Shown piece by piece: positions 11,568 through 26,667 of a stretch of DNA of 64,000 bases. A program made the position numbers and the translations under genes. Source of the stretch: Auanema rhodensis (Eukaryota; Animalia; Nematoda); assembly GCA_964057225.1 (NCBI GenBank), contig OZ059899.1:18972001-19036000 (forward strand). The letters are read 5' to 3'. The notes under the pieces are model-generated. The model searched no databases, was not told where the DNA came from, and saw only the letters and a list, made by a program, of their open reading frames with translations. How positions within the stretch are numbered: position 1 is the first letter of the stretch; each line of letters begins with the position of its first letter.

Positions 11568-14500
11568 TTGAAAAATGATGCATTAGTGTATGTTGAGTTT
11601 CCATGTACACTCAACATTGCTTCCAAAAACATTTTTACAAAAATTTTTCCGAAAATTTTCGAAACAATTTCGCAAAAAGTAGATGTTTTTAGATTTCTTT
11701 TTTCAAGGCAAAGACGATGGACATTGTTATTCAACGAAAAAATTAATTCTGCAGGGTGAAAATCGAGGATATAAGTGTGAACTTATATCAGTTGATATCT
11801 CGGTGCATTTTTAAGCTAGCGCAAATCTGATAACACAGATCGACGCAGCTTAAAAATCCGCATCGAATGCACTATACAACATTGAGAAACGCTCAATACA
11901 AAAATTAGTTATGATCGTTTGAAAAATGATGCATTAGTGTATGTTGAGTTTCCATGTACACTCAACATTGCTTCCAAAAACATTTTTACAAAAATTTTTC
12001 CGGAAAATTTCGAAACAATTTCGCAAAAAGTAGATGTTTTTAGATTCCTTTTTCCAAGGCAAAGACGATGGACAATGTTATTCAACGAAAAAATTGATTC
12101 TCCAGGGTGAAAATCGAGGATGTAAGTGTGAACTTATATCAGTTGATATCTCGGTGCATTTTCAAGCTAGCGCAAATCTGATAACACAGATCGACGCAGC
12201 TTAAAAATCCGCATCTAATGCACTATACAACATTGAGAAACGCTTAATACAAAAATTAGTTATGATCGTTTGAAAAATGATGCATTAGTGTATGTTGAGT
12301 TTCCATGTACACTCAACATTGCTTCCAAAAACATTTTTACAAAAATTTTTCCGGAAAATTTCGAAACAATTTTGCAAAAAGTAGATGTTTTTAGATTCCT
12401 TTTTTCAAGGCAAAGACGATGGACAATGTTATTCATCGAAAAAATTAATTCTCCAGGGTGAAAATCGAGGATGTAAGTGTGAACTTATATCAGTTGATAT
12501 CTCGGTGCATTTTTAAGCTAGCGCAAATCTGATAACACAGATCGACGCAGCTTAAACATCCGCATCGAATGCACTATACAACATTGAGAAACGCTTAATA
12601 CAAAAATTAGTTATGATCGTTTGAAAAATGATGCATTAGTGTATGTTGAGTTTCCATGTACACTCAACATTGCTTCCAAAAACATTTTTACAAAAATTTT
12701 TCCGAAAATTTTCGAAACAATTTCGCAAAAAGTAGATGTTTTTAGATTCCTTTTTTCAAGGCAAAGACGATGGACATTGTTATTCAACGAAAAAATTAAT
12801 TCTGCAGGGTGAAAATCGAGGATATAAGTGTGAACTTATATCAGTTGATATCTCGGTGCATTTTTAAGCTAGCGCAAATCTGATAACACAGATCGACGCA
12901 GCTTAAAAATCCGCATCGAATGCACTATACAACATTGAGAAACGCTCAATACAAAAATTAGTTATGATCGTTTGAAAAATGATGCATTAGTGTATGTTGA
13001 GTTTCCATGTACACTCAACATTGCTTCCAAAAACATTTTTACAAAAATTTTTCCGGAAAATTTCGAAACAATTTCGCAAAAAGTAGATGTTTTTAGATTC
13101 CTTTTTCCAAGGCAAAGACGATGGACAATGTTATTCAACGAAAAAATTGATTCTCCAGGGTGAAAATCGAGGATGTAAGTGTGAACTTATATCAGTTGAT
13201 ATCTCGGTGCATTTTCAAGCTAGCGCAAATCTGATAACACAGATCGACGCAGCTTAAAAATCCGCATCTAATGCACTATACAACATTGAGAAACGCTTAA
13301 TACAAAAATTAGTTATGATCGTTTGAAAAATGATGCATTAGTGTATGTTGAGTTTCCATGTACACTCAACATTGCTTCCAAAAACATTTTTACAAAAATT
13401 TTTCCGGAAAATTTCGAAACAATTTTGCAAAAAGTAGATGTTTTTAGATTCCTTTTTCCAAGGCAAAGACGATGGACAATGTTATTCAACGAAAAAATTA
13501 ATTCTGCAGGGTGAAAATCGAGGATATAAGTGTGAACTTATATCAGTTGATATCTCGGTGCATTTTTAAGCTAGCGCAAATCTGATAACACAGATCGACG
13601 CAGCTTAAAAATCCGCATCGAATGCACTATACAACATTGAGAAACGCTTAATACAAAAATTAGTTATGATCGTTTGAAAAATGATGCATTAGTGTATGTT
13701 GAGTTTCCATGTACACTCAACATTGCTTCCAAAAACATTTTTACAAAAATTTTTCCGAAAATTTTCGAAACAATTTCGCAAAAAGTAGATGTTTTTAGAT
13801 TCCTTTTTTCAAGGCAAAGACGATGGACATTGTTATTCAACGAAAAAATTAATTCTGCAGGGTGAAAATCGAGGATATAAGTGTGAACTTATATCAGTTG
13901 ATATCTCGGTGCATTTTTAAGCTAGCGCAAATCTGATAACACAGATCGACGCAGCTTAAAAATCCGCATCGAATGCACTATACAACATTGAGAAACGCTC
14001 AATACAAAAATTAGTTATGATCGTTTGAAAAATGATGCATTAGTGTATGTTGAGTTTCCATGTACACTCAACATTGCTTCCAAAAACATTTTTACAAAAA
14101 TTTTTCCGGAAAATTTCGAAACAATTTCGCAAAAAGTAGATGTTTTTAGATTCCTTTTTCCAAGGCAAAGACGATGGACAATGTTATTCAACGAAAAAAT
14201 TGATTCTCCAGGGTGAAAATCGAGGATGTAAGTGTGAACTTATATCAGTTGATATCTCGGTGCATTTTCAAGCTAGCGCAAATCTGATAACACAGATCGA
14301 CGCAGCTTAAAAATCCGCATCTAATGCACTATACAACATTGAGAAACGCTTAATACAAAAATTAGTTATGATCGTTTGAAAAATGATGCATTAGTGTATG
14401 TTGAGTTTCCATGTACACTCAACATTGCTTCCAAAAACATTTTTACAAAAATTTTTCCGGAAAATTTCGAAACAATTTTGCAAAAAGTAGATGTTTTTAG

Positions 14501-15779
14501 ATTCCTTTTTTCAAGGCAAAGACGATGGACAATGTTATTCATCGAAAAAATTAATTCTCCAGGGTGAAAATCGAGGATGTAAGTGTGAACTTATATCAGT
14601 TGATATCTCGGTGCATTTTTAAGCTAGCGCAAATCTGATAACACAGATCGACGCAGCTTAAACATCCGCATCGAATGCACTATACAACATTGAGAAACGC
14701 TTAATACAAAAATTAGTTATGATCGTTTGAAAAATGATGCATTAGTGTATGTTGAGTTTCCATGTACACTCAACATTGCTTCCAAAAACATTTTTACAAA
14801 AATTTTTCCGAAAATTTTCGAAACAATTTCGCAAAAAGTAGATGTTTTTAGATTCCTTTTTTCAAGGCAAAGACGATGGACATTGTTATTCAACGAAAAA
14901 ATTAATTCTGCAGGGTGAAAATCGAGGATATAAGTGTGAACTTATATCAGTTGATATCTCGGTGCATTTTTAAGCTAGCGCAAATCTGATAACACAGATC
15001 GACGCAGCTTAAAAATCCGCATCGAATGCACTATACAACATTGAGAAACGCTCAATACAAAAATTAGTTATGATCGTTTGAAAAATGATGCATTAGTGTA
15101 TGTTGAGTTTCCATGTACACTCAACATTGCTTCCAAAAACATTTTTACAAAAATTTTTCCGGAAAATTTCGAAACAATTTCGCAAAAAGTAGATGTTTTT
15201 AGATTCCTTTTTCCAAGGCAAAGACGATGGACAATGTTATTCAACGAAAAAATTGATTCTCCAGGGTGAAAATCGAGGATGTAAGTGTGAACTTATATCA
15301 GTTGATATCTCGGTGCATTTTCAAGCTAGCGCAAATCTGATAACACAGATCGACGCAGCTTAAAAATCCGCATCTAATGCACTATACAACATTGAGAAAC
15401 GCTTAATACAAAAATTAGTTATGATCGTTTGAAAAATGATGCATTAGTGTATGTTGAGTTTCCATGTACACTCAACATTGCTTCCAAAAACATTTTTACA
15501 AAAATTTTTCCGGAAAATTTCGAAACAATTTTGCAAAAAGTAGATGTTTTTAGATTCCTTTTTCCAAGGCAAAGACGATGGACAATGTTATTCAACGAAA
15601 AAATTAATTCTGCAGGGTGAAAATCGAGGATATAAGTGTGAACTTATATCAGTTGATATCTCTGTGAATTTTTAAGCTAGCGCAAATCTGATAAAACAGA
15701 TCGACGCAGCTTAAAAATCCGCATCGAATGCACTATACAACATTGAGAAACGCTTAATACAAAAATTAGTTATGATCGT
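11568..15779. repeat. Nested higher-order repeat: 3-mer (1053 bp) x4 organised as 6-mer (2106 bp) x2
   Basis: Trimers start at 11568, 12621, 13674 and 14727. The third monomer alternates between an 'attcatcgaa' type (12270, 14376) and a 'ttccaagg...ctgcaggg' type (13323, 15429). Confidence 0.9.
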
Positions 15780-16832
15780 TTGAAAAAAGATGCATTAGTG
15801 TATGTTGAGTTTCCATGTACACTCAACATTGCTTCCAAAAACATTTTTACAAAAATTTTTCCGGAAAATTTCGAAACAATTTCGCAAAAAGTAGATGTTT
15901 TTAGATTCCTTTTTCCAAGGCAAAGACGATGGACAATGTTATTCAACGAAAAAATTGATTCTCCAGGGTGAAAATCGAGGATGTAAGTGTGAACTTATAT
16001 CAGTTGATATCTCGGTGCATTTTCAAGCTAGCGCAAATCTGATAACACAGATCGACGCAGCTTAAAAATCCGCATCTAATGCACTATACAACATTGAGAA
16101 ACGCTTAATACAAAAATTAGTTATGATCGTTTGAAAAATGATGCATTAGTGTATGTTGAGTTTCCATGTACACTCAACATTGCTTCCAAAAACATTTTTA
16201 CAAAAATTTTTCCGGAAAATTTCGAAACAATTTTGCAAAAAGTAGATGTTTTTAGATTCCTTTTTCCAAGGCAAAGACGATGGACAATGTTATTCAACGA
16301 AAAAATTAATTCTGCAGGGTGAAAATCGAGGATATAAGTGTGAACTTATATCAGTTGATATCTCGGTGCATTTTTAAGCTAGCGCAAATCTGATAACACA
16401 GATCGACGCAGCTTAAAAATCCGCATCGAATGCACTATACAACATTGAGAAACGCTTAATACAAAAATTAGTTATGATCGTTTGAAAAATGATGCATTAG
16501 TGTATGTTGAGTTTCCATGTACACTCAACATTGCTTCCAAAAACATTTTTACAAAAATTTTTCCGAAAAATTTCGAAACAATTTCGCAAAAAGTAGATGT
16601 TTTTAGATTCCTTTTTTCAAGGCAAAGACGATGGACAATGTTATTCAACGAAAAAATTAATTCTGCAGGGTGAAAATCGAGGATATAAGTGTGAACTTAT
16701 ATCAGTTGATATCTCGGTGCATTTTTAAGCTAGCGCAAATCTGATAACACAGATCGACGCAGCTTAAAAAACCGCATCGAATGCACTATACAACATTGAG
16801 AAACGCTTAATACAAAAATTAGTTATGATCGT

Positions 16833-19642
16833 TTGAAAAATGATGCATTAGTGTATGTTGAGTTTCCATGTACACTCAACATTGCTTCCAAAAACATTTT
16901 TACAAAAATTTTTCCGAAAAATTTCGAAACAATTTCGCAAAAAATAGATGTTTTTAGATTCCTTTTTTCAAGGCAAAGACGATGGACATTGTTATTCAAC
17001 GAAAAAATTAATTCTGCAGGGTGAAAATCGAGGATATAAGTGTGAACTTATATCAGTTGATATCTCGGTGCATTTTTAAGCTAGCGCAAATCTGATAACA
17101 CAGATCGACGCAGCTTAAAAATCCGCATCGAATGCACTATACTACATTGAGAAACGCTTAATACAAAAATTAGTTATGATCGTTTGAAAAATGATGCATT
17201 AGTGTATGTTGAGTTTCCATGTACACTCAACATTGCTTCCAAAAACATTTTTACAAAAATTTTTCCGAAAAATTTCGAAACAATTTCGCAAAAAGTAGAT
17301 GTTTTTAGATTCCTTTTTTCAAGGCAAAGACGATGGACTATGTTATTCAACGAAAAAATTAATTCTGCAGGGTGAAAATCGAGGATATAAGTGTGAACTT
17401 ATATCAGTTGATATCTCGGTGCATTTTTAAGCTAGCGCAAATCTGATAACACAGATCGACGCAGCTTAAAAATCCGCATCGAATGCACTATACTACATTG
17501 AGAAACGCTTAATACAAAAATTAGTTATGATCGTTTGAAAAAAGATGCATTAGTGTATGTTGAGTTTCCATGTACACTCAACATTGCTTCCAAAAACATT
17601 TTGACAAAAATTTTTCCGAAAAATTTCAAAATATTTTCGCAAAAAATAGAAGTTTTTAGATTCCTTTTTTCAAGGCAAAGACGATGGACAATGTTATTCA
17701 ACGAAAAAATTAATTCTGCAGAGTGAAAATCGAGGATATAAGTGTGAACTTATATCAGTTGATATCTCTGTGAATTTTTAAGCTAGCGCAAATCTGATAA
17801 AACAGATCGACGCAGCTTAAAAATCCGCATCGAATGCACTATACAACATTGAGAAACGCTTAATACAAAAATTAGTTATGATCGTTTGAAAAAAGATGCA
17901 TTAGTGTATGTTGAGTTTCCATGTACACTCAACATTGCTTCCAAAAACATTTTGACAAAAATTTTTCCGAAAAATTTCAAAATAATTTCGCAAAAAATAG
18001 AAGTTTTTAGATTCCTTTTTTCAAGGCAAAGACGATGGACAATGTTATTCAACGAAAAAATTAATTCTGCAGAGTGAAAATCGAGGATATAAGTGTGAAC
18101 TTATATCAGTTGATATCTCGGTGAATTTTTAAGCTAGCGCAAATCTGATAAAACAGATCGACGCAGCTTAAAAATCCGCATCGAATGCACTATACAACAT
18201 TAAGAAACGCTTAATACAAAAATTAGTTATGATCGTTTGAAAAATGATGCATTAGTGTATGTTGAGTTTCCATGTACACTCAACATTGCTTCCAAAAACA
18301 TTTTTACAAAATTTTTTCCGAAAAATTTCGAAACAATTTCGCAAAAAATAGATGTTTTTAGATTCCTTTTTTCAAGGCAAAGACGATGGACATTGTTATT
18401 CAACGAAAAAATTAATTCTGCGGGGTGAAAATCGAGGATATAAGTGTGAACTTATATCTGTTGATATCTCGGTGCATTTTTAAGCTAGCGCAAATCTGAT
18501 AACACAGATCGACGCAGCTTAAAAATCCGCATCGAATGCACTATACTACATTGAGAAACGCTTAATACAAAAATTAGTTATGATCGTTTGAAAAATGATG
18601 CATTAGTGTATGTTGAGTTTCCATGTACACTCAACATTGCTTCCAAAAACATTTTTACAAAAATTTTTCCGAAAAATTTCGAAACAATTTCGCAAAAAGT
18701 AGATGTTTTTAGATTCCTTTTTTCAAGGCAAAGACGATGGACTATGTTATTCAACGAAAAAATTAATTCTGCAGGGTGAAAATCGAGGATATAAGTGTGA
18801 ACTTATATCAGTTGATATCTCGGTGCATTTTTAAGCTAGCGCAAATCTGATAACACAGATCGACGCAGCTTAAAAATCCGCATCGAATGCACTATACTAC
18901 ATTGAGAAACGCTTAATACAAAAATTAGTTATGATCGTTTGAAAAAAGATGCATTAGTGTATGTTGAGTTTCCATGTACACTCAACATTGCTTCCAAAAA
19001 CATTTTGACAAAAATTTTTCCGAAAAATTTCAAAATATTTTCGCAAAAAATAGAAGTTTTTAGATTCCTTTTTTCAAGGCAAAGACGATGGACAATGTTA
19101 TTCAACGAAAAAATTAATTCTGCAGAGTGAAAATCGAGGATATAAGTGTGAACTTATATCAGTTGACATCTCTGTGAATTTTTAAGCTAGCGCAAATCTG
19201 ATAAAACAGATCGACGCAGCTTAAAAATCCGCATCGAATGCACTATACAACATTGAGAAACGCTTAATACAAAAATTAGTTATGATCGTTTGAAAAAAGA
19301 TGCATTAGTGTATGTTGAGTTTCCATGTACACTCAACATTGCTTCCAAAAACATTTTGACAAAAATTTTTCCGAAAAATTTCAAAATAATTTCGCAAAAA
19401 ATAGAAGTTTTTAGATTCCTTTTTTCAAGGCAAAGACGATGGACAATGTTATTCAACGAAAAAATTAATTCTGCAGAGTGAAAATCGAGGATATATAAGT
19501 GTGAACTTATATCAGTTGATATCTCGGTGAATTTTTAAGCTAGCGCAAATATGATAAAACAGATCGACGCAGCTTAAAAATCCGCATCGAATGCACTATA
19601 CAACATTAAGAAACGCTTAATACAAAAATTAGTTATGATCGT
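16833..19642. repeat. 4-mer higher-order repeat x2 (period 1404 bp)
   Basis: Unit order at 16833/17184/17535/17886 is repeated at 18237/18588/18939/19290. Diagnostics are 'aatattttcg' (17535, 18939), 'ggactatg' (17184, 18588) and 'cattaagaa' after 17886 and 19290. Confidence 0.85.
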
Positions 19643-22600
19643 TTGAAAAATGATGCATTAGTGTATGTTGAGTTTCCATGTACACTCAACATTGCTTCCA
19701 AAAACATTTTGACAAAAATTTTTTCGAAAAATTTCAGAATATTTTAGCAAAAAATAGTTGTTTTTAGATTCCTTTTCTCAAGGCAAAGACGATGGACAAT
19801 GTTATTCAACGAAAAAATTAATTCTGCAGGGTGAAAATCGAGGATATAAGTGTGAACTTATATCAGTTGATATCTCGGTGAATTTTTAAGCTAGCGCAAA
19901 TCTGATAAAACAGATCGACGCAGCTTAAAAATCCGCATCGAATGCACTATACAACATTGAGAAACGCTTAATACAAAAATTAGTTATGATCGTTTGAAAA
20001 AAGATGCATTAGTGTATGTTGAGTTTCCATGTACACTCAACATTGCTTCCAAAAACATTTTGACAAAAATTTTTCCGAAAAATTTCAAAATAATTTCGCA
20101 AAAAATAGAAGTTTTTAGATTCCTTTTTTCAAGGCAAAGACGATGGACAATGTTATTCAACGAAAAAATTAATTCTGCAGAGTGAAAATCGAGGATATAA
20201 GTGTGAACTTATATCAGTTGATATCTCGGTGAATTTTTAAGCTAGCGCAAATCTGATAAAACAGATCAACGCAGCTTAAAAATCCGCATCGAAAGCACTA
20301 TACAACATTGAGAAACGCTTAATACAAAAATTAGTTATGATCGTTTGAAAAAAGATGCATTAGTGTATGTTGAGTTTCCATGTACACTCAACATTGCTTC
20401 CAAAAACATTTTGACAAAAATTTTTCCGAAAAATTTCAAAATAATTTCGCAAAAAATAGAAGTTTTTAGATTCCTTTTTTCAAGGCAAAGACGATGGACA
20501 ATGTTATTCAACGAAAAAATTAATTCTGCAGAGTGAAAATCGAGGATATAAGTGTGAACTTATATCAGTTGATATCTCGGTGCATTTTTAAGCTAGCGCA
20601 AATCTGATAACACAGATCGACGCAGCTTAAAAAGCCGCATCGAATGCACTATACTACATTGAGAAACGCTTGATACAAAAATTAGTTATGATCGTTTGAA
20701 AAATGATGCATTAGTGTATGTTGAGTTTCCATGTACACTCAACATTGCTTCCAAAAACATTTTTACAAAAATTTTTCCGAAAAATTTCGAAACAATTTCG
20801 CAAAAAGTAGATGTTTTTAGATTCCTTTTTTCAAGGCAAAGACGATGGACAATGTTATTCAACGAAAAAATTAATTCTGCAGGGTGAAAATCGAGGATAT
20901 AAGTGTGAACTTATATCAGTTGATATCTCGGTGCATTTTTAAGCTAGCGCAAATCTGATAACACAGATCGACGCAGCTTAAAAAGCCGCAACGAATGCAC
21001 TATACAACATTGAGAAACGCTTAATACAAAAATTAGTTATGATCGTTTGAAAAATGATGCATTAGTGTATGTTGAGTTTCCATGTACACTCAACATTGCT
21101 TCCAAAAACATTTTTACAAAAATTTTTCCGAAAAATTTCGAAACAATTTCGCAAAAAATAGATGTTTTTAGATTCCTTTTTTTAAGGCAAAGACGATGGA
21201 CATTGTTATTCAACGAAAAAATTAATTCTGCAGGGTGAAAATCGAGGAAATAAGTGTGAACTTATATCAGTTGATATCTCGGTGCATTTTTAAGCTAGCG
21301 CAAATCTGATAACACAGATCGACGCAGCTTAAAAATCCGCATCGAATGCACTATACTACATTGAGAAACGCTTAATACAAAAATTAGTTATGATCGTTTG
21401 AAAAATGATGCATTAGTGTATGTTGAGTTTCCATGTACACTCAACATTGCTTCCAAAAACATTTTTACAAAAATTTTTCCGAAAAATTTCGAAACAATTT
21501 CGCAAAAAGTAGATGTTTTTAGATTCCTTTTTTCAAGGCAAAGACGATGGACTATGTTATTCAACGAAAAAATTAATTCTGCAGGGTGAAAATCGAGGAT
21601 ATAAGTGTGAACTTATATCAGTTGATATCTCGGTGCATTTTTAAGCTAGCGCAAATCTGATAACACAGATCGACGCAGCTTAAAAATCCGCATCGAATGC
21701 ACTATACTACATTGAGAAACGCTTAATACAAAAATTAGTTATGATCGTTTGAAAAATGATGCATTAGTGTATGTTGAGTTTCCATGTACACTCAACATTG
21801 CTTCCAAAAACATTTTGACAAAAATTTTTCCGAAAAATTTCAAAATAATTTCGCAAAAAATAGAAGTTTTTAGATTCCTTTTTTCAAGGCAAAGACGATG
21901 GACAATGTTATTCAACGAAAAAATTAATTCTGCAGAGTGAAAATCGAGGATATAAGTGTGAACTTATATCAGTTGATATCTCTGTGAATTTTTAAGCTAG
22001 CGCAAATCTGATAAAACAGATCGACGCAGCTTAAAAATCCGCATCGAATGCACTATACAACATTGAGAAACGCTTAATACAAAAATTAGTTATGATCGTT
22101 TGAAAAAAGATGCATTAGTGTATGTTGAGTTTCCATGTACACTCAACATTGCTTCCAAAAACATTTTGACAAAAATTTTTCCGAAAAATTTCAAAATAAT
22201 TTCGCAAAAAATAGAAGTTTTTAGATTCCTTTTTTCAAGGCAAAGACGATGGACAATGTTATTCAACGAAAAAATTAATTCTGCAGAGTGAAAATCGAGG
22301 ATATATAAGTGTGAACTTATATCAGTTGATATCTCGGTGAATTTTTAAGCTAGCGCAAATATGATAAAACAGATCGACGCAGCTTAAAAATCCGCATCGA
22401 ATGCACTATACAACATTAAGAAACGCTTAATACAAAAATTAGTTATGATCGTTTGAAAAATGATGCATTAGTGTATGTTGAGTTTCCATGTACACTCAAC
22501 ATTGCTTCCAAAAACATTTTGACAAAAATTTTTTCGAAAAATTTCAGAATATTTTAGCAAAAAATAGTTGTTTTTAGATTCCTTTTCTCAAGGCAAAGAC

Positions 22601-24909
22601 GATGGACAATGTTATTCAACGAAAAAATTAATTCTGCAGGGTGAAAATCGAGGATATAAGTGTGAACTTATATCAGTTGATATCTCGGTGAATTTTTAAG
22701 CTAGCGCAAATCTGATAAAACAGATCGACGCAGCTTAAAAATCCGCATCGAATGCACTATACAACATTGAGAAACGCTTAATACAAAAATTAGTTATGAT
22801 CGTTTGAAAAAAGATGCATTAGTGTATGTTGAGTTTCCATGTACACTCAACATTGCTTCCAAAAACATTTTGACAAAAATTTTTCCGAAAAATTTCAAAA
22901 TAATTTCGCAAAAAATAGAAGTTTTTAGATTCCTTTTTTCAAGGCAAAGACGATGGACAATGTTATTCAACGAAAAAATTAATTCTGCAGAGTGAAAATC
23001 GAGGATATAAGTGTGAACTTATATCAGTTGATATCTCGGTGAATTTTTAAGCTAGCGCAAATCTGATAAAACAGATCAACGCAGCTTAAAAATCCGCATC
23101 GAAAGCACTATACAACATTGAGAAACGCTTAATACAAAAATTAGTTATGATCGTTTGAAAAAAGATGCATTAGTGTATGTTGAGTTTCCATGTACACTCA
23201 ACATTGCTTCCAAAAACATTTTGACAAAAATTTTTCCGAAAAATTTCAAAATAATTTCGCAAAAAATAGAAGTTTTTAGATTCCTTTTTTCAAGGCAAAG
23301 ACGATGGACAATGTTATTCAACGAAAAAATTAATTCTGCAGAGTGAAAATCGAGGATATAAGTGTGAACTTATATCAGTTGATATCTCGGTGCATTTTTA
23401 AGCTAGCGCAAATCTGATAACACAGATCGACGCAGCTTAAAAAGCCGCATCGAATGCACTATACTACATTGAGAAACGCTTGATACAAAAATTAGTTATG
23501 ATCGTTTGAAAAATGATGCATTAGTGTATGTTGAGTTTCCATGTACACTCAACATTGCTTCCAAAAACATTTTTACAAAAATTTTTCCGAAAAATTTCGA
23601 AACAATTTCGCAAAAAGTAGATGTTTTTAGATTCCTTTTTTCAAGGCAAAGACGATGGACAATGTTATTCAACGAAAAAATTAATTCTGCAGGGTGAAAA
23701 TCGAGGATATAAGTGTGAACTTATATCAGTTGATATCTCGGTGCATTTTTAAGCTAGCGCAAATCTGATAACACAGATCGACGCAGCTTAAAAAGCCGCA
23801 ACGAATGCACTATACAACATTGAGAAACGCTTAATACAAAAATTAGTTATGATCGTTTGAAAAATGATGCATTAGTGTATGTTGAGTTTCCATGTACACT
23901 CAACATTGCTTCCAAAAACATTTTTACAAAAATTTTTCCGAAAAATTTCGAAACAATTTCGCAAAAAATAGATGTTTTTAGATTCCTTTTTTTAAGGCAA
24001 AGACGATGGACATTGTTATTCAACGAAAAAATTAATTCTGCAGGGTGAAAATCGAGGAAATAAGTGTGAACTTATATCAGTTGATATCTCGGTGCATTTT
24101 TAAGCTAGCGCAAATCTGATAACACAGATCGACGCAGCTTAAAAATCCGCATCGAATGCACTATACTACATTGAGAAACGCTTAATACAAAAATTAGTTA
24201 TGATCGTTTGAAAAATGATGCATTAGTGTATGTTGAGTTTCCATGTACACTCAACATTGCTTCCAAAAACATTTTTACAAAAATTTTTCCGAAAAATTTC
24301 GAAACAATTTCGCAAAAAGTAGATGTTTTTAGATTCCTTTTTTCAAGGCAAAGACGATGGACTATGTTATTCAACGAAAAAATTAATTCTGCAGGGTGAA
24401 AATCGAGGATATAAGTGTGAACTTATATCAGTTGATATCTCGGTGCATTTTTAAGCTAGCGCAAATCTGATAACACAGATCGACGCAGCTTAAAAATCCG
24501 CATCGAATGCACTATACTACATTGAGAAACGCTTAATACAAAAATTAGTTATGATCGTTTGAAAAATGATGCATTAGTGTATGTTGAGTTTCCATGTACA
24601 CTCAACATTGCTTCCAAAACCATTTTGACAAAAATTTTTCCGAAAAATTTCAAAATAATTTCGCAAAAAATAGAAGTTTTTAGATTCCTTTTTTCAAGGC
24701 AAAGACGATGGACAATGTTATTCAACGAAAAAATTAATTCTGCAGAGTGAAAATCGAGGATATAAGTGTGAACTTATATCAGTTGATATCTCTGTGAATT
24801 TTTAAGCTAGCGCAAATCTGATAAAACAGATCGACGCAGCTTAAAAATCCGCATCGAATGCACTATACAACATTGAGAAACGCTTAATACAAAAATTAGT
24901 TATGATCGT
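19290..24909. repeat. 8-mer tandem duplication (period 2810 bp = 8 x 351 + 2)
   Basis: Both copies share the TA insertion (about 19491, about 22301), 'aaatatgata', 'ccgcaacgaa', 'tttttaagg' (units 21047/23857), 'gaggaaataag' and the TAG-type unit (19643/22453). Confidence 0.93.
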
Positions 24910-26667
24910 TTGAAAAAAGATGCATTAGTGTATGTTGAGTTTCCATGTACACTCAACATTGCTTCCAAAAACATTTTGACAAAAATTTTTCCGAAAAATT
25001 TCGAAATAATTTCGCAAAAAATAGAAGTTTTTAGATTCCTTTTTTCAAGGCAAAGACGATGGACAATGTTATTCAACGAAAAAATTAATTCTGCAGAGTG
25101 AAAATCGAGGATATAAGTGTGAACTTATATCAGTTGATATCTCGGTGAATTTTTAAGCTAGCGCAAATCTGATAACACAGATCGACGCAGCTTAAAAATC
25201 CGCATCGAATGCACTATACTACATTGAGAAACGCTTAATACAAAAATTAGTTATGATCGTTTGAAAAATGATGCATTAGTGTATGTTGAGTTTCCATGTA
25301 CACTCAACATTGCTTCCAAAAACATTTTTACAAAAATTTTTCCGAAAAATTTCGAAACAATTTCGCAAAAAGTAGATGTTTTTAGATTCCTTTTTTCAAG
25401 GCAAAGACGATGGACTATGTTATTCAACGAAAAAATTAATTCTGCAGGGTGAAAATCGAGGATATAAGTGTGAACTTATATCAGTTGATATCTCGGTGCA
25501 TTTTTAAGCTAGCGCAAATCTGATAACACAGATCGACGCAGCTTAAAAATCCGCATCGAATGCACTATACTACATTGAGAAACGCTTAATACAAAAATTA
25601 GTTATGATCGTTTGAAAAATGATGCATTAGTGTATGTTGAGTTTCCATGTACACTCAACATTGCTTCCAAAAACATTTTGACAAAAATTTTTCCGAAAAA
25701 TTTCAAAATAATTTCGCAAAAAATAGAAGTTTTTAGATTCCTTTTTTCAAGGCAAAGACGATGGACAATGTTATTCAACGAAAAAATTAATTCTGCAGAG
25801 TGAAAATCGAGGATATAAGTGTGAACTTATATCAGTTGATATCTCTGTGAATTTTTAAGCTAGCGCAAATCTGATAAAACAGATCGACGCAGCTTAAAAA
25901 TCCGCATCGAATGCACTATACAACATTGAGAAACGCTTAATACAAAAATTAGTTATGATCGCTTGAAAAAAGATGCATTAGTGTATGTTGAGTTTCCATG
26001 TACACTCAACATTGCTTCCAAAAACATTTTGACAAAAATTTTTCCGAAAAATTTCAAAATAATTTCGCAAAAAATAGAAGTTTTTAGATTCCTTTTTTCA
26101 AGGCAAAGACGATGGACAATGTTATTCAACGAAAAAATTAATTCTGCAGAGTGAAAATCGAGGATATAAGTGTGAACTTATATCAGTTGATATCTCGGTG
26201 AATTTTTAAGGTTAGCGCGCAAATCTGATAAAACAGATCGACGCAGCTTAAAAATCCGCATCGAATGCACTATACAACATTGAGAAACGCTTAATACAAA
26301 AACTAGTTATGATCGTTTGAAAAATGATGCATTAGTGTATGTTGAGTTTCCATGTACACTCAACATTGCTTCCAAAAACATTTTTACAAAAATTTTTCCG
26401 AAAAATTTCGAAACAATTTCGCAAAAAGTAGATGTTTTTAGATTCCTTTTTTCAAGGCAAAGACGATGGACTATGTTATTCAACGAAAAAATTAATTCTG
26501 CAGGGTGAAAATCGAGGATATAAGTGTGAACTTATATCAGTTGATATCTCGGTGCATTTTTAAGCTAGCGCAAATCTGATAACACAGATCGACGCAGCTT
26601 AAAAATCCGCATCGAATGCACTATACTACATTGAGAAACGCTTAATACAAAAATTAGTTATGATCGT

